64,000 nt of DNA from an uncultured Thermoleophilia bacterium (GTDB taxonomy: Bacteria; Actinomycetota; Thermoleophilia; UBA2241). The DNA is taken from positions 224,001-288,000 of the forward strand of contig CAVQSP010000010.1 of assembly GCA_963715985.1 (NCBI GenBank). The letters are read 5' to 3'. The notes under the pieces are model-generated. The model did no database searches. It saw only the letters and a list, made by a program, of their open reading frames with translations, and was not told the DNA's origin. Shown here one piece after another: positions 20,674-30,359 of the stretch (positions within the stretch are counted from its first letter, which is position 1; each line of letters begins with the position of its first letter). The translations under genes were made by a program, and so were the position numbers.

Positions 20674-21912
20674 GTGGACGTGCGCGGCCTGCGTGTCGAC
20701 GGTGCGCGCCTGCGGGAGAGCCTTGAGCGGATGGCGCAGATCGGGGCGACGCCCGGTGGCGGCGTCCAGCGCCTGGCGCTCTCCGACGAGGACAAGCGCG
20801 CACGAGACCTGCTCGTCTCGTGGTTCGAGGAGATCGCCCTCGAGGTCACGGTCGACGAGATGGGGAGCATCTTCGGCCGCCGCCGCGGGCGTGATGACGA
20901 CGAGCCCCCGGTGATGATGGGGTCGCACGTGGACAGCCAGCCCAGGGGCGGCCGCTTCGACGGCATCCTCGGCGTGATGGGTGCGCTCGAGGTGCTGCGC
21001 ACGCTCGCCGACAACGAAGTGCACACGCGGCGGCCGCTGGTGGCGGTCGACTGGACCAACGAGGAAGGGTCCAGGTTCGCCCCGGCCATGATGGCCTCCG
21101 GCGTCTGGTCGGGCCGGCTCGAACGGGACTGGGTGTGGGAGCGCACCGATCTCGCCGGCACTACCGTGCTCGGCGAGCTGGAACGGATCGGCTACAGGGG
21201 CGGCGAAGCCTGTGCGCGCCGGCCCTTCGCCGCCTACTACGAGCTCCACATCGAACAGGGTCCCAAGCTGGACCGGGAGGGCGTGACCATCGGCGTGCCC
21301 AAGGGCATCCTCGGCATCCACTGGTACGACGTCTACGTCGACGGCCGGGCCAACCAGGTCGGGCCGACGCCCATGGCGGGACGTGCCGACGCGCTGGTCG
21401 CGGCCGCCGAGATGATCGTGAGGGTGCGCGAGCTCCCGTCGCTGATCGGCGGAGACCTGGTGGCCACCGTCGGCGCGATCCACAACGAGCCGAACTCCCG
21501 CAACGTCATCCCGGGTCACGTCCACTTCACGGTGGACATCAGGTCGTGGGACGACGCTCTGGCGCTGCGGGCGTGGCACGAGCTCGGCGCCGCGCTGGAG
21601 TCGATCGCGACGGTACACGGCTGTGCCATCCGCATGGAGGAGACGTGGCGCGTGCAGCACGTGGAGTTCGCCGCCGACCTCGTGCAGCGGGTGGAGGGGT
21701 GGGCGCAGGCCCTGGGCTACTCCACGCTGCCCATGGTGAGCGGCGCCGGGCACGATGCGAGCTACATGGCGCTCACGGGCCCGACGGCGATGATCTTCGT
21801 GCCCAGCATCGACGGGCGCAGCCACGTGGAGGTCGAGGACACCACGTGGGCCGACTGCGAGGCCGGCGCCAACGTGCTCCTGCAGTGCGTGGCGCAGACG
21901 GCCGAGGAGTGA
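20674..21912 (+). CDS. Zn-dependent N-carbamoyl-amino-acid/allantoate amidohydrolase (M20)
   Basis: GSHVDSQPRGGRFDGILG, TNEEGSRF, ELHIEQG and SGAGHDA. Confidence 0.92.
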   Translation: MDVRGLRVDGARLRESLERMAQIGATPGGGVQRLALSDEDKRARDLLVSWFEEIALEVTVDEMGSIFGRRRGRDDDEPPVMMGSHVDSQPRGGRFDGILGVMGALEVLRTLADNEVHTRRPLVAVDWTNEEGSRFAPAMMASGVWSGRLERDWVWERTDLAGTTVLGELERIGYRGGEACARRPFAAYYELHIEQGPKLDREGVTIGVPKGILGIHWYDVYVDGRANQVGPTPMAGRADALVAAAEMIVRVRELPSLIGGDLVATVGAIHNEPNSRNVIPGHVHFTVDIRSWDDALALRAWHELGAALESIATVHGCAIRMEETWRVQHVEFAADLVQRVEGWAQALGYSTLPMVSGAGHDASYMALTGPTAMIFVPSIDGRSHVEVEDTTWADCEAGANVLLQCVAQTAEE

Positions 21913-21916
21913 AGGC

Positions 21917-21965
21917 GAGGGCGGCGGGCCTCACGCCCCGCCGCCCTCACGCCCCGCCGCCCTCC
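21917..21965. terminator. GC hairpin with short tandem duplication between convergent genes
   Basis: GAGGGCGGCGGG...CCCGCCGCCCTC; CCTCACGCCCCGCCGC occurs twice. Confidence 0.5.
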
Positions 21966-21981
21966 CGCCGTTCGACGTGAG

Positions 21982-23072
21982 CTAGCCGCGGTCGGCGAGC
22001 CTGGTCTGGCCGGCCAGTACGTCCTCCCGCAGGATCTGGCGCATCTTCTCGGGCTCCTCGTAGGCCGGGCTGTGGGCCGACTGCTCGAACGTGTAGAACC
22101 CCTTGACCGGCGCCTTCAACAGGGCAAGGTAGTCCTTGGCCTGGGTGTAGGAGACGGTGCGGTCGTAGATGCCGGACACGAAGTAGACGGGGATCTCGAG
22201 TTCCGTGATCCGTCCGGTCAGGTCGTCGCCCTGCATCTCATCCCATAGGCCCAAGCCCTTGACGGCGAACTTGCCGCGCCAGATGTCGAGCTTCTCGCCG
22301 ACCGTGTATTCACGGTCCGACCAGGACGGCAGGAAGATACCGGTGATCACCGATCTCATGTCGTGCGTCGTCCCGACGCCGAGGCCGTGCATCGCCGGGT
22401 CACGCAGCGCCATGTACTTGCGCGACATCGGCAGCGTCCAGGTGCAGGGGGAGGCCACGAGCTTCCGCACCATCCTCGCGTCGCCCTTCTCCCCGTACGT
22501 GTCGAGCATGTACCGGTACGTGGCCATCTCCGACTTGAGTTGGTACGAGACCTGACCCATGCCGATGTAGGCGCGGTACAGCTGCGGATGCTCTGCGGCC
22601 GCCTGGATGCCGATGTAGCTGCCCCACGAATGCCCCAGGAGGTAGATCCTGTCCTGGCGGAAGCGCTCTCGGAGGTAGTTCGTCACGGCGATCGTGTCGG
22701 ACACGAACTGCTCGCGCGTCATGGTCTCCCGGGGCACGCCGTCGCGTGAGAGCCCCGCGCCGCGCTGGTCCCACCACACCACGGTGAAATCGTCCTCGAG
22801 ACCCGTGGGGTACTTGTGCTCGAGGACGTATCCCGGCATCCCGGGCCCGCCGTGCACGAACAGGAGCACGGGATGCGCCTTGTCCTTGCTGCGGATGATC
22901 ATCCCCTGGTCCACGCCGTTGATCTTGACGTGCAGCCTTCTCGTTGATGCTGTCCGGGAGCGGCTTGCCGTTGCTCGTCGAGGATGGGCCGCAGCTTGCC
23001 CGGACTGACGAGCAGGAGGACGACTGCGCAGACGGCCGCGGCCGCGGCCAGGAAGACGACGACGATCACCAT
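21982..23072 (-). CDS. Alpha/beta hydrolase (proline iminopeptidase-like) with N-terminal anchor (frameshift ~22945)
   Basis: HGGPG, WDQRGAG, GHSWG nucleophile elbow and SAHSP. Confidence 0.85.
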
Positions 23073-23084
23073 GATCCGTCCTGC

Positions 23085-23837
23085 CTATCGTGCCGGCGAC
23101 GGAGAGGCGTATCGCTCGAGGCGCCCCATCATGGGGGCCTCGCCTCCGATCTCAGAGTCGGACGGCGCGAGCGTGCCGGCCGCGTGCAGCGCGTGCAGGC
23201 CCAGGGCGAGCGCGCGCATGGCGCGCTCGAACTCGAGACCGGCGCCGAGGGAGGCGCCTGCCGGGAGCATCCGCGTCAGGTTGGGGTACTGGCCGGGCGG
23301 AAACGCGTCCGCAGTGAAGTCCGTCTGACTCGTCTCCTGCTCGTGGTACTCGTTGCGCGTGAGCGAGGCTGCGTGCAGGTTCGTCGCGCCGAGGATGGTC
23401 GTGCCGCAGGTGTCGACGGCGATCATGGCCTCGACCGGGCTGAAGCCGGCGTCGAAGAAGATGCGCGAGAAGGCCTCGATCGGGCGCAGCTGGGCGGGCG
23501 TGCGGAGAGCGCGGACCGCCACGAGCGGGACTGCCCTGGGGTGGCGCAGAAGCGCTCGCCGGTACTCCAGCCCGGCAGTGACGACACGCTCTTCCAGACT
23601 CGCCGACGGATCGTCGACCGAGAGGTCGATGCCGCTCAGGACTTCGTCAACGACGAGGTCGTAGAGCGCGGCCTTGCTCGGGACGTGGTAGTAGATGGTG
23701 CTGGGGTCGACGCCGAGCTCTGCACCGAGCCGGCGCATCGAGTGACCGGCAAGGCCGAGCTCGTCGATGAGCCCCATCGATGCCGAGACGATCTGCTCCT
23801 GCGTGAGCAGCGGCTGGCTGGCCTTGCGAGGAGCCAC
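23085..23837 (-). CDS. TetR/AcrR family regulator (TetR_C type)
   Basis: SMRRLGAELGVDPSTIYYHVPSK helix-turn-helix. Confidence 0.92.
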   Translation of the reverse strand: MAPRKASQPLLTQEQIVSASMGLIDELGLAGHSMRRLGAELGVDPSTIYYHVPSKAALYDLVVDEVLSGIDLSVDDPSASLEERVVTAGLEYRRALLRHPRAVPLVAVRALRTPAQLRPIEAFSRIFFDAGFSPVEAMIAVDTCGTTILGATNLHAASLTRNEYHEQETSQTDFTADAFPPGQYPNLTRMLPAGASLGAGLEFERAMRALALGLHALHAAGTLAPSDSEIGGEAPMMGRLERYASPSPAR

Positions 23838-23861
23838 TTCGAACCACCTCCGACGTGTCGT

Positions 23862-23910
23862 GTATCCAACGACGTTGGAGAAGGTATCAAACGATGTTGG
23901 AATACGTCAA
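23862..23910 (-). promoter_or_regulatory. TetR promoter with two tandem palindromic operators
   Basis: TCCAAC-gac-GTTGGA (23865-23879) and TCAAAC-gat-GTTGGA (23887-23901) at a 22-bp period; minus-strand TTGACG-N18-TACCTT. Confidence 0.7.
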
Positions 23911-23941
23911 GAGGTGGTGGTCGGTCACGTCGCAGCGAGCA

Positions 23942-23977
23942 GAAGGGCGGCGGGGCCTCTCGGCCCCGCCGCCCTTC
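23942..23977. terminator. Perfect 16-bp hairpin downstream of trpB2
   Basis: GAAGGGCGGCGGGGCC-tctc-GGCCCCGCCGCCCTTC. Confidence 0.7.
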
Positions 23978-24079
23978 GCGACGTCTCGCCTCACGTCACC
24001 TCTCCGGGTGACGATCTCGTCTGCGTCTCGGTGTGCGGTGTGCCTTCGGCGCACTCGCACGGTAGGCTCGCTTCGTCGT

Positions 24080-25446
24080 CTACTCGACCTTCGGAAGCCT
24101 GGCGATGGACGCCGCGATGGCTTCCTCCGGGTGGTCGTAGTCTTCGAGCTGGCCGCTGAGGTAGCTGTCGTAGGCGCCGAGGTCGAGGAAGCCATGGCCG
24201 GTGAGGTTGAAGAGGATGTTCCTGCTCACGCCCTCTTCCTTGGCCTTGAGCGCTTCGTCGATCGTCGTGCGGATCGCGTGGGCGCTCTCCGGCGCCGGCA
24301 CGATGCCCTCGGTCTGCGCGAACAGCCGGGCCGCATCGAAGACCTTGGTCTGCGGCACGGCCACGGCGTCGATCAGACCCAGGTCGTAGACGTGGCTGAG
24401 GAGCGGCGCCATGGCGTGGTAGCGCAGCCCGCCGGCGTGGATGCCGGCCGGCATGAAGTCGTGGCCCAGCGTGTACATCTTGAACAGCGGCGTGGTCTGC
24501 GCCTCGTCGCCGAAGTCGTAGCGGAACTGGCCCTTGGTGAGTGAGGGGCAGGCCGTGGGCTCGACGGCGACGAACCGGGTGTTCGTCTTGCCGGCGAGGT
24601 TCTCGCGCAGGAAGGGGAAGGCGATGCCGCCGAAGCTCGAGCCGCCGCCCACGCAGCCGATGACGACGTCCGGGTACGCGTCGGCGTCCTGGCACTGCAG
24701 GATGGCTTCCTCACCGATGATCGTCTGATGCAGCAGCACGTGGTTGGTGACGCTGCCCAGCGCGTACTTGGAGCCGGGGTGCGTGACGGCGTCTTCCACG
24801 GCCTCGCTGATGGCGATGCCGAGGCTGCCCAGCGAGTCCGGGTCCTCGGCCAACACTGCGCGGCCGGCGTTGGTCTGGTCACTGGGGCTGGGGATCACGA
24901 TCGGCGCCCCAGAGCTGCATCATGCTGCGCCGGTACGGCTTCTGGTGGTAGCTGACCTTGACCATGTAGACCATGCACTCGAGGCCGAACATCTGGCAGG
25001 CCATGCTGAGCGCGCTGCCCCACTGGCCGGCGCCGGTCTCGGTGGCAAGGCGCGTGGTGCCGTCGAGCTTGTTGTAGTACGCCTGCGCGACGGCGGTGTT
25101 GCTCTTGTGCGAGCCGGCCGGGCTGACGCCCTCGTACTTGAAGAAGATCTTGGCCGGCGTGTCGAGCGCCTTCTCGAGGCCGGTGGCGCGGATCAGCGGC
25201 GACGGCCTCCAGATGCGGTAGATCTGGTGGACCTCTTCGGGGATCTCGATGTAGCGCTCGGCCGAGACCTCCTGCGCGATGATGCTCGGCGGGAAGATCG
25301 GCGAGAGGTCGTCGGGACCGGCCGGCTGCAGGGTGGCCGGGTTGAGCGGCGGCGCCGGCGGCGTCGGGAAGGTCGGGCACGATGTTGTACCAGGCCTTGG
25401 GGATCCTCTCCTCGTCAAGGACGAACTTCTTCTTGTACTCGCTCAT
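24080..25446 (-). CDS. trpB2: Tryptophan synthase beta chain-like protein TrpB2 (frameshifted)
   Basis: [20 protein letters not shown] (PLP Lys), [34 protein letters not shown] and PAPESAHA. Confidence 0.93.
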
Positions 25447-25594
25447 GACCTACCTCCTTTCGCGGAACGCGCGTCCGTGTGATGGGCGGTATCGGGATGC
25501 ACTGATGCTGCTCTCCGTGTCCGGGTACGGGACGACCACACGATGTGGTCCGGGGGTGCGGGCAGGGCCCGCGCGGGTGTCGAAGAAGGGCGCG

Positions 25595-25669
25595 CTACGC
25601 GCGCCAGAGCCAGCGACGCCACGTGGCGCAAGCGGTGGTGCTGCGGCTATGGGCGTCGCGGGTCGGCAT
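25595..25669 (-). CDS. Putative Trp-rich leader peptide (24 aa) of trpB2
   Basis: MPTRDAHSRSTTACATWRRWLWRA* has three TGG codons near its end, lies ~150 nt upstream of trpB2, and starts 10 nt after a TGgTAGAAT extended -10. Confidence 0.7.
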   Translation of the reverse strand: MPTRDAHSRSTTACATWRRWLWRA

Positions 25670-25731
25670 CGTGGGCGGGATTCTACCATCGTGAGGGGCG
25701 CGCGCAAGCGCGCGCCCTGCCGGAGCGTGCG

Positions 25732-27410
25732 TCAGAGCGGCATGGGGGCCGCTGGTCGCGGCGTCGTCCACCCCCGGCTCGATGACGTCGCGCAGCGGGT
25801 AGGGCGAGCCCGGCCGCGCGAACAGGAACCCCTGGCCGTGGACGATGCCGAGGTCCAGCAGGGCGTCCAGCTGCGCGCGTGTCTCGATGCCCTCGGCCAC
25901 CAGCCCGATGCCGGCCTGGTCGCAGAAGTCGCGCAGGGTGCCCACCAGCTTCTGCTTCACGTGGGACCGCTCGATGCCTCGCGTGAGACTCATGTCCAGC
26001 TTGATGAAGTCCGGCTCGATCTCGACCATCGTCTGGAGGCCGGAGTACCCCGCCCCCGCGTCGTCCACGGCGATGCGGAAGCCGCGTTCGCGGAGCCGGC
26101 GCACCACGTCGCGCATGTGGGCGAAGTCCTCGATGACGCTCTTCTCCGTGATCTCCATGACGGTGAGCTTGCGCAGGTCGTGAGGCGTGGCCGCGACGAA
26201 CTCCTCCGTCCACAGCTCCCCGACCATGTGCGAGAAGAGCGCGCTGGGTTCCGTGTTGATGAAGCGCAGGCACGCGGTGCGGCAGGGTGGCGCTGCCGCG
26301 CGCTGCCGCGATGCGGCAGACGCGGTCGAGCTCGTGCAGGCGGTGTTCCGCGCGCGCCGTCTCGAAGAGGGCGTCGGCGAAGTGCAGCTCGCTGCGCACC
26401 GGCCCTCGCGCGAGCAGCTCGTAGCCCAGCACGGCGAAGTCGCTGAGGGTCACGATGGGCTGGTACACGCAGCTGATCTGGCTCCCGGTGAGTACCCGGT
26501 CCAGCTCCTCGCCCAGCCGGTGCCTGGTCTGGCTGCGCTCGTGCTCGATGCTGAGGGTGGCCTGCTCGATCGCCTCGAGCAGCGCGCGCCTGAACCGGAC
26601 CTTGGGCGACTGCACCAGGCGCGCGCAGCCCACGTAGAGGTCGATGGGCGCGAAGAGCCGCTCCTCGAGCTCGCTCCGGAGGTGGTCGGTGAGCTCACGC
26701 TCGAGACGCTCCTTGACGAGGAGCAGGTCGTCGTCTTTCACCGGGCCGCTCTCGCGGGGGGGTGCGAGGACGAGCAAGAAGGCGTCCCCGAGACTCGCGG
26801 CCGAGAGGTAGTCGTCCTCGCGGACGAGGCGCCCCGGCGTCTCTTTGAGGCGCCGCGAGACGGCGCGGAAGACCTCGTCGACCGCCTCGAAGCCGTGCTG
26901 CCGCTCGAGGGCGTGGATACCGTCGATGGTCACGTACAGCAGGCCGAGCTGGGCGTGGTCCTGGGCCTGCCTCTGGATCTGGACCTGCACGCTGGCCAGC
27001 GTCGGCAGGCCGGTGATCTCGTCGTGGTACACGGAGGCGTCGCGCAGGACGTCCTTGACCGTCTGCAGGAGGCGCTCCGTCTGGAACGGCTTGGTGATGT
27101 ACGCGGAAGCCCCCGCGCGGTTGGCCTCGACCATGTTGGCCAGCTCGGTCTTGGCCGTGAGGAACACCACCGGGATGTCCTTGGTGTAGCCGAACTGCAG
27201 CTCGCGGCAGACCTGGTAGCCGTCCATGCCCGGCATCATCACATCCAGCAGGATGAGGTGAGGGTGTCCGGTGAAGGCGAGCTCGAGGCCCCTCTCGCCG
27301 CTGTGCGCGGCCAGCGCCTCGTAGCCGTGCGCGCGCAGGATCTCGCAGACCAGGGATGTGAGGTCCGGGTCGTCGTCGATGATCAGCACGCGGATCGCGT
27401 CGGTGGCCAT
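25732..27410 (-). CDS. Response regulator with degenerate GGDEF and EAL domain (frameshifted)
   Basis: REC (IDDD, LDVMMPGMDG, KPF), DEITGLP, YQPIV...ELLARG, EITE, DDAGAGYS, IKLD, VAEGIET and QGFLF. Probable true stop is TGA at 25732. Confidence 0.88.
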
Positions 27411-27451
27411 TCCCCTCCCCCGGAGGCCCCTGGGTTCTACCCACGTCCTCT

Positions 27452-27479
27452 CTTTCGGCCTGTCGTCCCCAAAGGTTGA
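27452..27479 (-). promoter_or_regulatory. Putative sigma-28/WhiG-type promoter of the EAL gene
   Basis: Minus strand TCAA-N16-GCCGAAAG. Confidence 0.4.
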
Positions 27480-27533
27480 GCCGACAAAGTACACTAGCTG
27501 CGGTACGGAACCGTGAGGCTGCAGGAGGCGCAC

Positions 27534-28493
27534 ATGAAAGGGTACGGCCCGGCGGACCCGCTGCAGACGCCCCGCTTTGCCGGGATCTCCACGTTCCTGC
27601 GTCTGCCGCACACCACGCATCTGGACGGGGTGGACGTCGCCTTCGTCGGCCTGCCCTTCGACACCGGCGTGAGCTTTCGCGCCGGCGCGCGCTTCGGCCC
27701 CAAGGCCATCCGCGAGGGGTCGCTCTCGTTGCGCCCGGCGTACAACATGGCGCAGCGCGTCGCCGTGTTCGACAAGGTCTCGGCCATCGACTACGGAGAC
27801 TCCGGGGTCGTGCCGGGGTTCACCGAGCGGTCCTACGAGCGCATGGTGGCGTCCCTGCAGCCGATCTGCGAGGCCGGCGCCGTGCCCATCGGCTTCGGCG
27901 GCGACCACAGCGTGCTGCTCGCGGAGCTGCGCGCCGTTGCGGCCACGCACGGCCCCGTCGCCCTCGTCCAGTTCGACGCGCACTCAGACACCTGGGACGA
28001 GTACTTCGGTGAGAAGTACACGCACGGCACCGTTGTGCGGCGCGCCGTGGAGGAGGGCCTCATCGACCCCAAGCGGTCCACGCTGATGGGCATGCGCGGC
28101 GGTCTGTACGCGCCGGACGACCTCGACCAGGCCCGCGACATGGGGTTCACCGTCCTCCCGTGGGAGGATCTCGCGCACCTCGGTACGGGGGCCGTGGCGG
28201 CGGCCGTGGACCGCGCCACGGGCAAGTCCTTCCTGACGTTCGACATCGATTTCGTGGACCCGGCGTTCGCGCCGGGCACGGGCACGCCGGAGTGCGGCGG
28301 GCCGACCTCCATGCAGGCGCTCTCGCTGCTGCGCGCCTGCCGCGGCCTGCACATCGTGGGCGCCGACGTGGTGGAGGTGCTGCCCGACCTGGACAGCTCG
28401 CATCTCACCGGCACGCTGGCGGCCACAGTGGCGTGGGAGATCCTCAGCCTCATCGCCGCCGAGTGGCCCGCCGAAGAGGGCGCCACGTCGTGA
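27534..28493 (+). CDS. speB: Agmatinase / ureohydrolase
   Basis: GARFGP, GGDHS, DAHSD and TFDIDFVDPAFAPGTGTPECGG. Confidence 0.9.
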   Translation: MKGYGPADPLQTPRFAGISTFLRLPHTTHLDGVDVAFVGLPFDTGVSFRAGARFGPKAIREGSLSLRPAYNMAQRVAVFDKVSAIDYGDSGVVPGFTERSYERMVASLQPICEAGAVPIGFGGDHSVLLAELRAVAATHGPVALVQFDAHSDTWDEYFGEKYTHGTVVRRAVEEGLIDPKRSTLMGMRGGLYAPDDLDQARDMGFTVLPWEDLAHLGTGAVAAAVDRATGKSFLTFDIDFVDPAFAPGTGTPECGGPTSMQALSLLRACRGLHIVGADVVEVLPDLDSSHLTGTLAATVAWEILSLIAAEWPAEEGATS

Positions 28494-29341
28494 GCGGTCC
28501 GCTGCTGACCGTCGCCTGCGTGCAGATGAACACGCGCGACGACGCGGCCGCCAACCTGCGCTCGGCGGCCGCGCTTGTGGAGGAGGCGGCGGGCGCGGGC
28601 GCCCGCCTCATCGCCCTGCCGGAGACGTGGCTGTTCAAGGGCCGCAGCGCCGGCATCCGTGCCGGCGCGGAGGCGGTGCAAGGGCCGGGCAACGCCGCCC
28701 TCGCGCAGCTGGCGGCGCGTTTCGGCGTCTACGTGCTGGCCGGCTCCATCTACGAGCCCGCCGGCCCGGACGGCCGGGTGTACAACACCTCCGCGCTCTT
28801 CGGCCCCGACGGCGGCCTGCTCGCCGCGTACCGCAAGATCCACCTCTTCGACGTGGTCGCCGGCGACAAGGTGTACAGCGAGTCGGAGGACGTGCGCGCC
28901 GGCGCGGACTTGGTGACGGCGACCATCGACGCCGGCGCCGGACGGGGCGAGGCCGCGCCCGTCACGCTCGGCCTCTCGATCTGCTACGACCTGCGCTTTC
29001 CCGAGCTCTACCGCAGCCTCGCGCTGATGGGGGCGCAGGTGCTCTGCGTGCCGTCGGCGTTCACGGCGCTCACGGGCGCGGCGCACTGGGAGGTGCTGCT
29101 GCGCGCCCGGGCCGTGGAGAACGGCTGCTTCGTCGTCGCCCCGGGCCAGGTCGGCGAGCACCTGCCGGGGCGTGCCTGCTTCGGCCACAGCATGATCGTC
29201 GACCCGTGGGGCGAGATCCTCGCCGAGCTGCCGGACGGTATCGGTATCTGCCTCGCCGAGATAGACCTCGGACGCGTCGCCGCCGTGCGCGGGCAGATAC
29301 CGTCGCTGCAGAACCGGCGTCCGGACGCCTACCGGCTCTAG
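28490..29341 (+). CDS. Carbon-nitrogen hydrolase (Nit1-like)
   Basis: LPE, YRKIHLFD and ICYDLRFPE carry the E-K-C triad; also ARAVEN and GHSMIVDPWG. Confidence 0.92.
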   Translation: MSGPLLTVACVQMNTRDDAAANLRSAAALVEEAAGAGARLIALPETWLFKGRSAGIRAGAEAVQGPGNAALAQLAARFGVYVLAGSIYEPAGPDGRVYNTSALFGPDGGLLAAYRKIHLFDVVAGDKVYSESEDVRAGADLVTATIDAGAGRGEAAPVTLGLSICYDLRFPELYRSLALMGAQVLCVPSAFTALTGAAHWEVLLRARAVENGCFVVAPGQVGEHLPGRACFGHSMIVDPWGEILAELPDGIGICLAEIDLGRVAAVRGQIPSLQNRRPDAYRL

Positions 29342-29393
29342 GCGGGGGCTGCGGCCGGCGTCGCGCCGGCTCAGGACTGTGTGGTGGCCGGGG

Positions 29394-30272
29394 TCAGGCC
29401 GCGGCCGGCCGGCGCTCCGCCAGCCGGCGCCGCACGAACGCGACGATGATGCCCACCACGAACCCCACGAGCACGCCGGCGGCCACGTTGAGCGACATGC
29501 TCGGGCCGCTGGGTGAGTCCGGCGGCACCGCCTCGTGGAGGATGCGGGGCTGCTCCACCTGCTTGGCGGTGAACAGCATGAGCTCGGTCTTCTGGTTGGA
29601 GGAGGCCAGGGCCTCCTGCTCGGTGGCGGCCGCCTGGACCACGGCCACGTAAGGGGCCGAGGCGGCGGCCCTCTCGGCGGCACTGCCGCCGCCCTTGGCG
29701 ATGGCCATCAGGGCCGCCTGCGCCGCCACGACGCGGGCGTTGGCGGCGGTGAGCTGCTTCTGCCCCTGCGCCAGCTGTGCCTCGAGCAGTGCGATCTTGC
29801 CGGACACGCCGGGGCTGATGCGGTCGACGAGCACCTCGGCGAGGGCGTTCGCCCCGGCCGTGGCACGCAGCTTGTTGGAGTCGGTCACGGTGATGACGAC
29901 GATGTTGACCACCGACGTGGACGTCTTCACCGTGGACGACGGTGTGACCACCGTGGTCTCTTTGCGCAGGCGCTTCGCGGTGATCTCCACCTCGCTCCGC
30001 TTGGCCGCCTCGTTGAGCACCGCCTGGCTGGCGAGCAGCTGGGTGGCCGCCTTGGAGTTGGAGTTCAGACCGGCCATGGGGTTGCCGTTGGCGTCGGTGG
30101 TCTGGCCGATGTACACGGTGGAGGTGGCGCTGTACTCCTTGGGCGACGCCATGGTGACGACGGCGCCCACGACGCCGCCCAGCACGACGAGGCCGAGGAT
30201 GATCCACCAGTTGCGCAGCAGGGTGGAGAACCAGGACCCGACGTCGATGGTGGTGCCGTTGTCGCTGCTCAT
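29394..30272 (-). CDS. Wzz-like polysaccharide chain-length regulator
   Basis: N- and C-terminal TMs, LRNWWII...PKEYSATS, coiled region and a Pro-rich segment before TM2. Confidence 0.8.
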   Translation of the reverse strand: MSSDNGTTIDVGSWFSTLLRNWWIILGLVVLGGVVGAVVTMASPKEYSATSTVYIGQTTDANGNPMAGLNSNSKAATQLLASQAVLNEAAKRSEVEITAKRLRKETTVVTPSSTVKTSTSVVNIVVITVTDSNKLRATAGANALAEVLVDRISPGVSGKIALLEAQLAQGQKQLTAANARVVAAQAALMAIAKGGGSAAERAAASAPYVAVVQAAATEQEALASSNQKTELMLFTAKQVEQPRILHEAVPPDSPSGPSMSLNVAAGVLVGFVVGIIVAFVRRRLAERRPAAA

Positions 30273-30359
30273 GCGGTCCTTTTCGTGAGAGTCACCGGGA
30301 CATCCTACCGCAGGCGCCCCGTGGCGCGCCGCCGGGGGCGCGCTGAGAGGGCGGCGCGC

